This document shows positions 51,023 through 61,324 of a stretch of DNA of 64,000 nt, one piece after another. The DNA is from an uncultured delta proteobacterium (GTDB taxonomy: Bacteria > Desulfobacterota > Binatia > UBA9968). How positions within the stretch are numbered: the first letter of the stretch is position 1; the number at the start of each line of letters is the position of its first letter. The notes below the pieces were generated by a model that saw nothing but the letters and a program-made list of their open reading frames with translations, was not told the DNA's origin and did no database searches. Location: the NCBI GenBank assembly GCA_963727625.1, contig CAVSHR010000004.1:1056001-1120000 (forward strand). The letters are read 5' to 3'. The translations under genes and the position numbers were made by a program.

Positions 51023-51868
51023 ATGACCATCATCGATGCCCAGGTTCACATCTGGCCGCCGGAATCGCCGCAGCGGCCTTACATCAAAGAAGACGCCTCG
51101 AAACCGCACCAGCCCATTCCGCTAACCTACGAGAGCCTGTTACAGAAAATGACAGAGGCCGGCGTGGATCGCGCGATCTTGGTTCCACCTTCATGGGAAG
51201 GTTTTCGCAACGATTATGCTCTCGAAGCGGCGCAGAAATACCCGCACCGCTTCGCCGTGATGGGTAAAGTGCCGCTCAATGACCCGGAGAGCAAGAAGCG
51301 AATCGCGTCATGGACCAAGCAGCCCGGCATGCTCGGATTTCGCATCAGTTTTCGCCACAGCGGCACGCACTCGTATCTCGATGACGGCACGGCGGATTGG
51401 TTCTGGGCGGAATGCGAGCGTTACGATATTCCGGTCATGATCTTTGCCCCCTTTGCCGTCGCGAAAATCGGCGAAATCGCCGAGCGCCACCCCGGCCTCC
51501 GAGTCATCGTCGATCACATGGGTCTCAACCTGCAGTGGAAAGGGAAAGACTTGGGACCCGGCGTCGATTTACTCCTCAAGTTCGCTCGTCTGCCGAATGT
51601 CGCGATCAAAGCGTCCTGCTTGCCGTGCTACGTCGATGAAGTCTATCCGTTCCCGACCTTGCATCGGCAGATTCGCCGCGTCGTGGAGACCTTCGGCCCG
51701 CGACGGGTTTTCTGGGGCACCGATCTTTCGCAACTTCCCTGTTCATACCGGCAAGCGGTAACGTTGTTTACCGAAGAGCTCGATTTCCTTTCGGCTCAAG
51801 ACAAAGAATCGATCATGGGGCGCGCCCTCGCCGCATGGCTAGGCTGGCAACTACCGAATCGGTTATGA
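51023..51868 (+). CDS. Amidohydrolase_2 family protein (lactonase-like)
   Basis: IIDAQVHIW, VDHMG, NVAIKAS, FWGTD. Confidence 0.9.
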   Translation: MTIIDAQVHIWPPESPQRPYIKEDASKPHQPIPLTYESLLQKMTEAGVDRAILVPPSWEGFRNDYALEAAQKYPHRFAVMGKVPLNDPESKKRIASWTKQPGMLGFRISFRHSGTHSYLDDGTADWFWAECERYDIPVMIFAPFAVAKIGEIAERHPGLRVIVDHMGLNLQWKGKDLGPGVDLLLKFARLPNVAIKASCLPCYVDEVYPFPTLHRQIRRVVETFGPRRVFWGTDLSQLPCSYRQAVTLFTEELDFLSAQDKESIMGRALAAWLGWQLPNRL

Positions 51869-52052
51869 CAAAAGACGAAAGAGGCAGGCCGATGAAACCT
51901 AAAAGTAGACCCCAGGCTGCCGCCCCGCCGGCCATTTGTCTTTTGTAGTTCGTCAACGAAGAGGTTCTGCGCGAATTGGCTCAGCAAGGTTTCCCTAACT
52001 CATTACAAATGAAATAAAACACCTAAAAATCATCAGACAGGGAGAAACTTCG

Positions 52053-52373
52053 ATGTGGTACCTGGTTATGTCGCGTTCGTTACCGGAAAAGGAACAAGAC
52101 AAACAACGCAACTACGAAGAGCATCGGCACTGGCTCGACGACCAGCATCGCACCGGCCGCTTGCTTTTTTCCGGACCGACGACCGACGGCGCTTACGGCA
52201 TCTATGTGATGCTGGCAGCGAACCTCGAGGAAGCCAGGGCCGTCGCGGCACAAGACCCGCATCACGCGCGGGGAATTCGTCAAATGGAAGTCTTGGAATG
52301 GCGCGCGCACCGCGCTTTTCGCTTGAGTGGTCCGACCATCGATGAGGTAGAAAAACTCGCCCGTCCCGAATGA
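52053..52373 (+). CDS. YciI family protein
   Basis: EHRHWL...LLFSGP...DPH. Confidence 0.8.
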   Translation: MWYLVMSRSLPEKEQDKQRNYEEHRHWLDDQHRTGRLLFSGPTTDGAYGIYVMLAANLEEARAVAAQDPHHARGIRQMEVLEWRAHRAFRLSGPTIDEVEKLARPE

Positions 52374-52498
52374 GGGCGGGACATTACTGTCTGTCATAGT
52401 GCGGAATTTCTACCTCAGTTCGCAGAGATGCGCCGATTACTTACTCCGTTTTTTTGCCGACCCGGGTAATCCTGGTCAATTCCTGACGTAACGCCGCG

Positions 52499-52514
52499 TG
52501 GCACACGCGTTGCT
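52499..52514 (+). promoter_or_regulatory. Sigma-54 (-24/-12) promoter
   Basis: TGGCACACGCGTTGCT matches TGGCAC-N5-TTGC. Confidence 0.7.
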
Positions 52515-52570
52515 CAGCAGGAATACCGACGGAGTTCAACTGTCGGCTTAAGCCCAAAGGAGGCGAAAAA

Positions 52571-52915
52571 ATGTTAAACGGAAGATCGGTTCAATTAGGC
52601 GTGTTAGCCCTCGCCATTTTGGTGTTAGCGGCCTGCTCCGGCGGTCCGATGACCACCCGGGAAAAAGGCGCCGGCATCGGTGCTCTCGGCGGTGCGGCGG
52701 CGGGCGGGATTATCGGCGCCACCGTCGGCCATCCCGGAGCTGGCGCGGCCATCGGCGGAGCGCTCGGATTAGGCGCGGGCGCGCTCGTCGGCGATTACAT
52801 GCAAGGCCAGGAGCAGCAACAGTCCCAGTCCAATCAGCAGCAGATTCAGCAGAACCAGCGCACCATCGAACGCAACAACCAGCAAATCCAGAATTCGCGC
52901 CAAACCGAATATTAA
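52571..52915 (+). CDS. Glycine-zipper lipoprotein
   Basis: Lipobox LAAC, GAGIGALGGAAAGGIIG repeats, Q-rich tail; AGGAGG RBS. Confidence 0.85.
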   Translation: MLNGRSVQLGVLALAILVLAACSGGPMTTREKGAGIGALGGAAAGGIIGATVGHPGAGAAIGGALGLGAGALVGDYMQGQEQQQSQSNQQQIQQNQRTIERNNQQIQNSRQTEY

Positions 52916-52933
52916 TCGTCGAAGCCTTGATAA

Positions 52934-52969
52934 AAAGGAGGATTCAGCAATTACCCTGAATCCTCCTTT
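52934..52969. terminator. Bidirectional intrinsic terminator-like hairpin
   Basis: AAAGGAGGATTCAG-N8-CTGAATCCTCCTTT between convergent genes. Confidence 0.75.
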
Positions 52970-52988
52970 GCATTGACGCCAACCGCCG

Positions 52989-53846
52989 TCAGTATTGTCC
53001 CCTGATAGTCGTCGTTTTGAGGCTGGATTCGATTTTCCTGCCGCTCCGGCTCGCTTCGTATCGCTCCAACGCCAGTCTGGTCTTCGGCCCCATCACACCG
53101 TCAAAAGGGCCGGGGTCGAAACCGGCGTCGCGCAAGCGTAGCTGAAGTATGCGAACCTCCTCCTGGAAGCCGGGCATCTTACTCGAAGCTGCCGGTTTCG
53201 CCGGTTCAGAAGAATGACTCGCGGCGATTTCCACCGGCTTGGCAACGGGAGCTGCATTGCCGGCCGTGAGTAAGCTGCCGTCCAACAATCCATCGAACTC
53301 TTTGGCCATCCTACAGCCCGCATGAAACTGGGCCAACGCGGATTTGGTCTTGTTGCCAAGGATGCCATCGACCGGTCCGGGATTGAATCCCGCGCTGCGC
53401 AGTTGAGTTTGCAGTTTAATTGTCTCTTCGCGGCCAAAAGGGCCGTTTGCCGCAGCACCTCCCGGAGCGCCATGGATGCTTTCAGCTGAAACATATTCCA
53501 GCAGCGGGGCCGATCTCGCGCAGCCGCCGCGCAATCGCTCGAAGGCATGCTTAGTCCTTACGCCGGCGACTCCATCGATGGGCCCCGGATCGAAACCCAT
53601 TTGGCGCAGGCGCGTTTGCAATCGGCGGACGTCGTCTCGGCTCAACGTACGTGGCGGGGCTGGTGGCTGCGCCGCTGTAACGACCGCAGCCGGGATTTGA
53701 ACCGCCGGAACGGGCGGCGCCGTGACGCTTTCTATGACAGGAGCTGACACCGTCTGTTTCTCTGTCTCGATTTCCGAGCCGTCGAAAAGCGCGCATCCTG
53801 AAACAATGATGATACAGACGGGAAGAATAACGCTAATTCTTTTCAT
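52989..53846 (-). CDS. Lipoprotein with three peptidoglycan-binding domains
   Basis: Three LQ.RL...GF(D/N)PGP.DG..G..T repeats; VSGC lipobox. Confidence 0.85.
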   Translation of the reverse strand: MKRISVILPVCIIIVSGCALFDGSEIETEKQTVSAPVIESVTAPPVPAVQIPAAVVTAAQPPAPPRTLSRDDVRRLQTRLRQMGFDPGPIDGVAGVRTKHAFERLRGGCARSAPLLEYVSAESIHGAPGGAAANGPFGREETIKLQTQLRSAGFNPGPVDGILGNKTKSALAQFHAGCRMAKEFDGLLDGSLLTAGNAAPVAKPVEIAASHSSEPAKPAASSKMPGFQEEVRILQLRLRDAGFDPGPFDGVMGPKTRLALERYEASRSGRKIESSLKTTTIRGQY

Positions 53847-53882
53847 CGCGAATCTTCTATTTCATCCGGGGACAAATGAAAC

Positions 53883-53898
53883 AGCAAGCCCCATGCCG
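53883..53898 (-). promoter_or_regulatory. Candidate sigma-54 promoter
   Basis: Minus strand CGGCATGGGGCTTGCT (GG-N10-GC). Confidence 0.5.
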
Positions 53899-54253
53899 TT
53901 TGGGGGTCCGTTAGAGGACCGTCAAAAAGCGCGATTCCGCCGAAAAAGACCGAACAATTCTCACACAGGACCTAATGCGGCCGCTCGACAGCGGTGGCAA
54001 TATATGAGTTCTTCATGTAAACGGTATGATGATAACCAAACGTGAACGGTACAATTGCACTGCGAACACGGCGACCAATTAGCAATCGATTGCCATGAAA
54101 AGTCGTTATTACATCATCACACTGCCGGCGCTCGGCTTGTGGAGAATCGCCGGCCCCAATAGCGAAAAAATCCACCGGCTCAAAGCCGGCGATTTAGTGT
54201 TCGACCGCATGGCGAAAAAACTCGAGAAGGAAGGCTGGTTTTAGGCAGAAACG

Positions 54254-54763
54254 ATGGGTTTAGCGCGACAGCCAGAAACAGAATCACAAACTCGCACCGC
54301 GCTGCGCCGGATCGGATTTTATTGCCTTACCCTGGCACTGATCGCTACGTTCACGGCCTGCGCCCAATCGTTCAAACATGACGAAGCCTTGGCCGCTAAG
54401 CGGGCCCTTGAATTCGCCCGGGCTGTCTTCCTCGACAAAGATCTCGACAGAGGCTACAGCCTGCTCTCCGAAGGAGGCAAACGGCATATTCCATTGGATA
54501 AGTTCAAACAAACAATATCCGCCATGCACCCGCGCGGCTATCCGAACAAAGTGACCGCCATTGAGTACGAGCCCATGGCCGGTGAAAAAGCGATTTATAT
54601 TTTTCTGACCGGCCGGAACGGCGAAGAACAGTTCAACTATCGCGTCACCCTGGAAGGCACCGCCGACACCGATTATAAAGTCTTGAAAATCGATCAGGGC
54701 GGAGGCTTCCCCACCTTCTCCAATCAGAAACGGCCGTTCAAGCCGGCGATCAGTATACCGTAA
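54254..54763 (+). CDS. Hypothetical lipoprotein
   Basis: Hydrophobic N-region with FTAC lipobox; coherent 169-aa ORF. Confidence 0.65.
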   Translation: MGLARQPETESQTRTALRRIGFYCLTLALIATFTACAQSFKHDEALAAKRALEFARAVFLDKDLDRGYSLLSEGGKRHIPLDKFKQTISAMHPRGYPNKVTAIEYEPMAGEKAIYIFLTGRNGEEQFNYRVTLEGTADTDYKVLKIDQGGGFPTFSNQKRPFKPAISIP

Positions 54764-54793
54764 AGCTTGGTTCCCGGGTGCAGCGCAAACTCG

Positions 54794-55050
54794 ATGCGTT
54801 TCGGCATTTGACTTCACCCTCGCTGCAGCGTGCCGCAGATGGCCGCTTGCGCTGCCAAGACGATGGCACAACATCGCTTTGACAAGGTCTGGGCTCCCGA
54901 CCCCCTGACCTACGAGAACGTTTGTGTCATCTTGGCAGCGATCCTCGGCCGCACCCCTGCCCGTGTAGGCGCGTCACTGGTCCATCCGTTCAACCGCGCG
55001 CCGGTCGACTTTGCCTCCAGTTTCGCAGCGCTGTCGCATCTGGCCGGCCG
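54794..55050 (+). pseudogene. LLM-class flavin-dependent oxidoreductase N-terminal remnant
   Basis: MRFGI* then FDKVWAPD...HPFNRAPVDFASSFAALSHLAG, then truncated. Confidence 0.55.
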
Positions 55051-55180
55051 TATGAAGCCAAACCGAATCGTGCGACATCGGAAGAAAAACCATTTGCGCC
55101 GCGCGGCACAAACGATTAAACGGTAAGAAGCGAGTCCTATCTCAAGCGGAAAATTCAATTCATTGACGGGAGGAACAAAA

Positions 55181-55621
55181 ATGGCGGCTGAATTTATCAA
55201 CATTCTCGACATGCAGGAGCTCGAAATCGGCCACAGCAAGAAAGTGCTTTTCAGCTCCGATCATTTTCACACCTGGGTGCACGGCGATTATCCCGGCACC
55301 AAGGGGCCGATGCACAAGCACACCGCTGATCAACAATTTTACTGCGTGCAAGGCCAATGCACCTTTCACTTTCCCGATGCCCCGTCGCGACCGCTCAATC
55401 CCGGCATGCTCGTGACGATTCCCGCGGGACAACTCTACCAGCTCGACAACACCGGCGACGACTACATGATTTTACTCGGCGCCAGGGCGGAGCCGGCCGG
55501 CAACCCCAGATTCAGCGCCGCCGACAAAGAAGTCGAAGACGAATTCGCCTTCAAGCAACTCGATCGAATCAAAGCGCCGGAAGCGAAAAAGGCCCGCGCC
55601 AAGCTCGAATCGCAATCTTGA
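55181..55621 (+). CDS. Cupin domain protein
   Basis: MHKHTADQQFYCVQG...IPAGQLYQLDN; GGAGGA RBS. Confidence 0.85.
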   Translation: MAAEFINILDMQELEIGHSKKVLFSSDHFHTWVHGDYPGTKGPMHKHTADQQFYCVQGQCTFHFPDAPSRPLNPGMLVTIPAGQLYQLDNTGDDYMILLGARAEPAGNPRFSAADKEVEDEFAFKQLDRIKAPEAKKARAKLESQS

Positions 55622-55833
55622 TAGGTTGTCCATTCGTTGTTCGATGCGAATCCCACGCGTTGCCGGTGATTCCGTTCAATCCCGGCAGCTGCACTTGCAG
55701 GCGGTTCCGACGCTTCCTAGCCGAGGTGAACGAATGTCGTGCGCTTCGATGTTCGTCGAACAACGATCCGAAAAAAGAGCTGTCCTCTCATTCGAGATGA
55801 GCAAGTTCTGTGTGAATCGAGCGAAATGGGTCG

Positions 55834-56268
55834 CTATTTTTTACAGAAGCCGCGGATGTATTTCACGAGTTGGTGAATTTGCGGTTCGGTTAGCGAGCCG
55901 CTCCAAGGGGGCATCATCGGAGAAAGCCCGACCGCCTGTCCCCCGCCCTGGATGGTTTTGAATAGCGTTTTATCGGCAATCTTTGCCATCGTTTTGCAGT
56001 CGGCAAAATCTCTCGGTTTTGGATTGAGCGCTGCAGCCGCAGGACCATCGCCCTTGCCGTTTGCTCCATGACAAGTCGTACAGAGGCTTGAGTAATTTGA
56101 GGCCGCTCCTCCTGCTGCTTGAGACGTCTGGCTCCGACTCATCATTGCACCACCGCCCATCATCCCGCCCCCGCCAGGCATTTGGCCCTGCTGCCGGGCC
56201 GCCGCAGCGCACACGGCAACCCCAATCCCAACTCCTAAAATAGCAATCCAAAAAACAACAGACTTCAT
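55834..56268 (-). CDS. Periplasmic monoheme cytochrome c
   Basis: Signal peptide, CTTCH, GKGDGPAA..LNPKPRDF, MPPW axial Met. Confidence 0.9.
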   Translation of the reverse strand: MKSVVFWIAILGVGIGVAVCAAAARQQGQMPGGGGMMGGGAMMSRSQTSQAAGGAASNYSSLCTTCHGANGKGDGPAAAALNPKPRDFADCKTMAKIADKTLFKTIQGGGQAVGLSPMMPPWSGSLTEPQIHQLVKYIRGFCKK

Positions 56269-56354
56269 CGGTTCCCTCTTCTCTTCTCAGTGACTATTTG
56301 CACGGCTCGGGCATCGACTCCTGGCGGGCTCATTGACTACAAACCAGTTTGCTT

Positions 56355-57803
56355 TTAAAAAGCAATCCATGCCTGGAGGTAGAGGGTATTGTTGTCCCTT
56401 GCATTACGCCCGGCACCGTCGTAGTTACGGCGCGACCCATCAAATCGATTGTAGATCCAGTACTGCAACGAAAACTTTACATTGCTATACGGCCAGAATG
56501 ACGGACCGCCCCGTTTATTGAATGGCAGATAATCCAGCTGGATGATCCATCCGTCGCTGGTGGGAGATCCTATGCGGCTGTCGGGATATAACAAAGAATC
56601 TTTGCGACCATCGATCAGGAAATATTGAAAATCTGCGCCGTAGGTCTTGTCATACAGGTACGAGGCTGTCGTGCTGAAGTTCCATAGGAAATCTCGGGAA
56701 TGATCAGCCGCTCCGAGCCCTTGGCTGGCATGCCAACTTTCACGTTCGTGGAGCCAATTGAGCAGAACAGTGACGTCATGCGATCCGGAAGAATATTGGT
56801 ACTGGGAGTCAAGGCCGATATCCATGATATGATCCTTACCGGCGCTGCGATCCCGACCCGGGAAGGTATTGGCGGCCACGCCATAGGTGCCCACCTGCAA
56901 GGAATGGCTCCCCCATCGCTGTTCCAGCGCGAGCCGCCAGTAGGGCGCTATGTCCGTAATCTGCGTCTCCTCATTCACATCATCCCTGGGCACCCCAAAG
57001 GCACGTTGGGTACGTGGACCAAGGGTTCGATAGCCACCTAACTCGACATAAAGAAGGTCGAAAAACCTCGCATAGGCACCCAAGCCGAGCACTTGTTGGG
57101 CAACCGTGCCGGAGAGCAACGGCGCCGCAGAGGGTGTCGGGGCCAGCCCGGAGCCGCTAAATGGGAAACCCCATGCCGGCGTGGTATTCCACAAATCCTG
57201 TAGTGTCGGGTTGTTATTGGCGTAGATCCCGTAAACCACATTGTTGTTATTGATGGAGGCGCTATCCGCAAATCGTACCTCCCAGTTGTCCCATGACCAT
57301 AACTTGCCAACACCATCGTAGGTTCCCTGCAGGAAAGTGCCAATCTTGTTCGCAATCGATGAAGCAACCCGCTTGCCGAACAAGGGCTCAGCGTAAGGGC
57401 CGAATAATCTTCCGGCATAAAAGAAGCTCGCTTGTGTCAGGGCAAAATTGTTGTTCTTGCCAAAATCCTTGGCCGCGCTCGGCGCCTGACCCTCGGCAGT
57501 ATGGGTAAAGGACGGCATCAACATCACCGCCAGGGGCGGCAGCTTGCTCTGTTCATTGCTGAGAGTATATCCACCTAACTTAAACTCCCGACCAAACGGG
57601 GTGAGCTGTGGAAACGCCGTGTGGCACATCGCGCATTGCATGCCGGTTTGTCGCGCGAAGCTCGGCACTGCGTACGCGAGGGACGGCCACAGAACCATAA
57701 CACTAAGCCCATAGATGAGCGCCGAAATCCCAAATCGCAAGGGGCGGAGCATCTCCTGCAAAGTCCCGGTCGGAGTATCGTAATTAGTTTTTTTTGCGTT
57801 CAT
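56355..57803 (-). CDS. cyc2: Cyc2-like fused cytochrome c / outer-membrane beta-barrel
   Basis: AYA|VPSFARQTGMQCAMCHTAFPQLTPFGREFKLGGY; aromatic beta-strand-rich body; C-terminal ...LQAWIAF. Confidence 0.8.
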   Translation of the reverse strand: MNAKKTNYDTPTGTLQEMLRPLRFGISALIYGLSVMVLWPSLAYAVPSFARQTGMQCAMCHTAFPQLTPFGREFKLGGYTLSNEQSKLPPLAVMLMPSFTHTAEGQAPSAAKDFGKNNNFALTQASFFYAGRLFGPYAEPLFGKRVASSIANKIGTFLQGTYDGVGKLWSWDNWEVRFADSASINNNNVVYGIYANNNPTLQDLWNTTPAWGFPFSGSGLAPTPSAAPLLSGTVAQQVLGLGAYARFFDLLYVELGGYRTLGPRTQRAFGVPRDDVNEETQITDIAPYWRLALEQRWGSHSLQVGTYGVAANTFPGRDRSAGKDHIMDIGLDSQYQYSSGSHDVTVLLNWLHERESWHASQGLGAADHSRDFLWNFSTTASYLYDKTYGADFQYFLIDGRKDSLLYPDSRIGSPTSDGWIIQLDYLPFNKRGGPSFWPYSNVKFSLQYWIYNRFDGSRRNYDGAGRNARDNNTLYLQAWIAF

Positions 57804-58064
57804 TTCGTCCTCCGTTTTCGCATAGCGGCGTCTAGCGTATCGCCCTGAGTTACTGCTGGTTTCACCGCTCGAGTTTCAAAGTCGCGCAGGAGTCCGATCC
57901 AGATATTCCCCATGGCGATATCCGTGGACAACCGTAATACCGGCAGGGGAGCGGGCATCTGCCGCTACGATTGAACTCCTTCGACACGCGCATGCAGAAT
58001 CGCAAATTGCGGCAATCATGCGCGAGAGCTTCGATCCATTCCCTTGCCTCACAGAAACCTTGGT

Positions 58065-58163
58065 GCAGCGATACGACGCAAGGCGTTGACCTTGCCCAGC
58101 CGCCAGAACTATTCCGCGGCAAATTAAATTGCTGGCTTTCCCGATCATAGTGCCTGTCTCCAC
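58065..58163 (-). pseudogene. Nucleotidyltransferase N-terminal remnant
   Basis: GIVLAAGQGQRL motif, after which the family pattern is lost. Confidence 0.45.
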
Positions 58164-58631
58164 TTTATTTTTAACGTTGATCGTGGCGTGAGCGAATTCC
58201 TAACAGCATCGAGCAAGTTTCGAGCCAAGAATGAGTTGCTTAATTTGCAGGGAATCATCGGACTAAAGTTTTCAGTTAAAAAAAAGCTGACACCTGGAGG
58301 AGCGAAAACAAGGAAAGCTGCGATTGCCAAAGTTTATGCCGGGGACAAACCGCCTTTTCAATGTGGGACAACAATGTGGGGCGGTGTGGCATTCCTGCCG
58401 ATCTCATTCAGCGGGCTCATCCTTCTGGAGATTCATTTAACCGCCAGCTATTTCACTTTTATCTTGAACTCCTCGAAATTGAGAAATAAATGAGAGGACC
58501 TGGCAAGAGGGCCCCGACGCGCACTCACATATCTCGAAGCTCCTATTCAATCTCTCAGCCAAAATTTATCGCGCCGGGTAAGACGCGATTAATGGGGTGC
58601 GAAGTGAGAGCCTTCGCGTTATCATTAACCC

Positions 58632-59873
58632 GTGAAGCTTCCGAGCCTCAAGCCATTCCGCGAGAGTCCGGAGGCGCGGCGCCTCGCCCTGATCTTTGCC
58701 ATCGTCTATTTCGCCCAGGGCATGTGGTACCTGCCGAATCTCCCGATCACCTTCCTCCTGAAAGACACCTTCGGCCTCAGCGCCGCGCAGACAGCGACGT
58801 TTTTCTCGATTACGGTGGTCCCCTGGTTGATCAAGCCGGTCTATGGCCTTATTTCGGATTTCGTCCCGCTGTTCGGCCAACGGCGGAAGAGCTATTTTCT
58901 CCTGTCCTCCGGGATGGCCGCGGCAATGGGACTCACCCTCGGTATGATGGGTTCCTATACCTACTGGGTTGTCGCTATGTTTTTCACCCTGATGGGTCTC
59001 GGCTTGGCCTTCACGGATGTGTTGACCGACGCGCTCATGGTGGAGAACGGCCAGCGGCTCGGCCTCACCGGGCCGTTTCAGGCAGTCCAGTGGGCCGCGA
59101 TCTCATTCGCGTCGATTCTAGTCGGAATCGGAGGGGGTTGGCTCGCCCAAAAGGAATTTCTCTCCGTTACTTTTCTGATCGCCGCGCTCTTCCCCGTCAT
59201 TACTCTGGCTATGGCGGTATTCATGATCCGGGAGCCTCGTGTCGAGGTCGGCGACCGCCAGTTACGCGAAACCTGGGCGGCGATCCGCGGCGCCATCGGG
59301 TCGCGAACCCTTTGGATCGTTGCCGGCTTCATTTTCTTTTACAACTTCAGCCCATCCTTCGGTCCGGCCTTGGTCTACTACGCCACCGACGCCCTCCATT
59401 TTTCCAGGATCTTCCTCGGCACCCTGGATTCCCTCTCGTATACTTCGGGAATAGTCGGCACCGCCGTCTATTTCGCCTTCTCCAAGTCCTTCCCGTTCAA
59501 GCACTTGATCCACTTCGCCATCGCCGCAGGCGTAATCGCGACGCTCGCCTACCTGGGCTACCGGAGCGAAGTATCCGCGCTAGTGCTGTCGCTGGCCTTC
59601 GGCAGCGTCGCAATGTTCATCCAGCTGACATTTCTCGATTTGGCGGCCAGGGCTTGCCCCAAGCAGGCCGAAGCAACATTCTTCGCTCTCCTGATGTCCG
59701 TCTACAACGGAGCGGTACAGCTCTCGCAGATCACCGGAGGCTGGCTCTATGATCGGGTGGGCTTTACCCGGCTGATCTTCATCAGCGCGGCATTCACCGC
59801 CCTCTGCTGGCTCTTGGTCCCGCTCCTGAAATTGGAAGAGCTGGCGCCGGGGGCGCAAGACGCCGCGAGATGA
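58632..59873 (+). CDS. MFS transporter, BT1/folate-biopterin-like
   Basis: PWLIKPVYGLISDFVPLFGQRRKSY, DVLTDALMVE, ACP...EATFFALLMS. Confidence 0.85.
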   Translation: MKLPSLKPFRESPEARRLALIFAIVYFAQGMWYLPNLPITFLLKDTFGLSAAQTATFFSITVVPWLIKPVYGLISDFVPLFGQRRKSYFLLSSGMAAAMGLTLGMMGSYTYWVVAMFFTLMGLGLAFTDVLTDALMVENGQRLGLTGPFQAVQWAAISFASILVGIGGGWLAQKEFLSVTFLIAALFPVITLAMAVFMIREPRVEVGDRQLRETWAAIRGAIGSRTLWIVAGFIFFYNFSPSFGPALVYYATDALHFSRIFLGTLDSLSYTSGIVGTAVYFAFSKSFPFKHLIHFAIAAGVIATLAYLGYRSEVSALVLSLAFGSVAMFIQLTFLDLAARACPKQAEATFFALLMSVYNGAVQLSQITGGWLYDRVGFTRLIFISAAFTALCWLLVPLLKLEELAPGAQDAAR

Positions 59874-60093
59874 GGCGCCGTAATGGACCCGGAGCCAAAG
59901 TTTACGCCCTTTTCCCTCTCTTGCTTCAAACTCGAACGACAATGGCAGCCCCTGTGTAGCGAAGGTCCACGGAGGAATTTGGGCTAAATACTTTCATTCA
60001 TAAAAACGCTTGCGCGTACCGCGATCGAATGGCAGTTTATAATTCTGGCGCTTTGTCCAAATGGCGTCAGGGAATCACTAGCCAGGTCAATCG

Positions 60094-60996
60094 ATGGCGT
60101 CGCCGACTCAAATTGAATTTCTCAAAGTGCTTGCCTGTATGGCATGGGCGGACCAGGAGGTCACCCGCTCGGAAATCAGCCTGATCGGGCGCGTGATGCA
60201 TGACTTTCAACTCTCCGGCGACGAGCGGCTACAAGTGGAAATGTATCTCGACGAAAAAGTCGACGCGGAGGAGGCCAAGCGCGTCATCCGGCGATTTCTC
60301 GCCCGGGTGCGCCGCCCGGCGCATCGCAAACAATTAGTCTCGACCGTCGAGAGACTCCTCGACAGCGATGAGCGCCGCACTCCCGGGGAGCGGGAGTGGT
60401 TGCAGGAACTGCGCCACGCCGTTGCAGAAAGCAGCGGCAGCTTTCTCCTTGACGGTTTACGAAGCGTGCTTCGCATCGGCGCGGCTGGCGCTGACGGGGC
60501 GAACTCAGGTCGAGACACGCAATTACACGACTTCATTCACAATCGAGTCCTGTTCAAGCTGCGGCTTCGTGTCGGAGCGAAACTCTTGGAGCGGGAGACA
60601 AAACCCGACAAGCTCAAAGAGCTAACGCTGTGCGCCGCGTTGCTTGCGCAGGTGGGCTACGTCGATGAAAACTTCTTGCCGCAAGAAGGACAGTTCCTAC
60701 AAAAGCTCCTCTGCGATGTTTGGGGGATTTCACCTTCCTTGGCCGAAGCCGTCTGCGGCGTCGCGGTGGAAAGCGCAAACCAGGGCTTGGATCTTTTTCG
60801 TCTTATTCAGGAGGCCAAGGCGACCTTGTCCGTCAATAAGCGCAAGACCCTGCTCGAGGCCCTATTCGCCTTGGCACTGGCGGAAGGAAAAATGACCGGA
60901 CAAGAGATCGAAGAGATCCGCAAGATCGCCTATGGGCTCGATTTCACCCACCGCGAATTCATCAACGCCAAGCTAAAAGTCCTTGGCCGGGATTAG
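60094..60996 (+). CDS. TerB-family protein (two TerB-like domains)
   Basis: MAWADQEVT.SE and LALAEGKM...EIEEIRKIA. Confidence 0.75.
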   Translation: MASPTQIEFLKVLACMAWADQEVTRSEISLIGRVMHDFQLSGDERLQVEMYLDEKVDAEEAKRVIRRFLARVRRPAHRKQLVSTVERLLDSDERRTPGEREWLQELRHAVAESSGSFLLDGLRSVLRIGAAGADGANSGRDTQLHDFIHNRVLFKLRLRVGAKLLERETKPDKLKELTLCAALLAQVGYVDENFLPQEGQFLQKLLCDVWGISPSLAEAVCGVAVESANQGLDLFRLIQEAKATLSVNKRKTLLEALFALALAEGKMTGQEIEEIRKIAYGLDFTHREFINAKLKVLGRD

Positions 60997-61324
60997 ACGG
61001 GATAGAGTCGACCTTAGAGACTTTGGGGAAACGACGGCACCACCCATGAGTCTCTAATTCAACGAGCAGTTGCCATGCGCATTCCGTTCGCTCGCCCTTC
61101 CTGATGCAGTCTTGTCCCAGCGATTGTCGATCTCGGCCGAGACAGCGCCGTCTTGGTTCTTTCAGAGACGTCTCGGACGGATGAGAGAGGTCGTCAACAA
61201 AGAAGCACCGCCGTGGACGCGCCTCTAGATAATTCGTGCCGGTCTAAGCCACCGAGAACGGGCGAGTAAAATATTTTCACAAACGGCCGTGATCTGCGCA
61301 AAAGTTCTTTATCTGACCGAGAAG

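Noticed and set aside
54809-54811. TGA in the LLM remnant as selenocysteine
   Set aside because: Not at a Cys-equivalent site, no SECIS-like hairpin, and the gene is truncated anyway.
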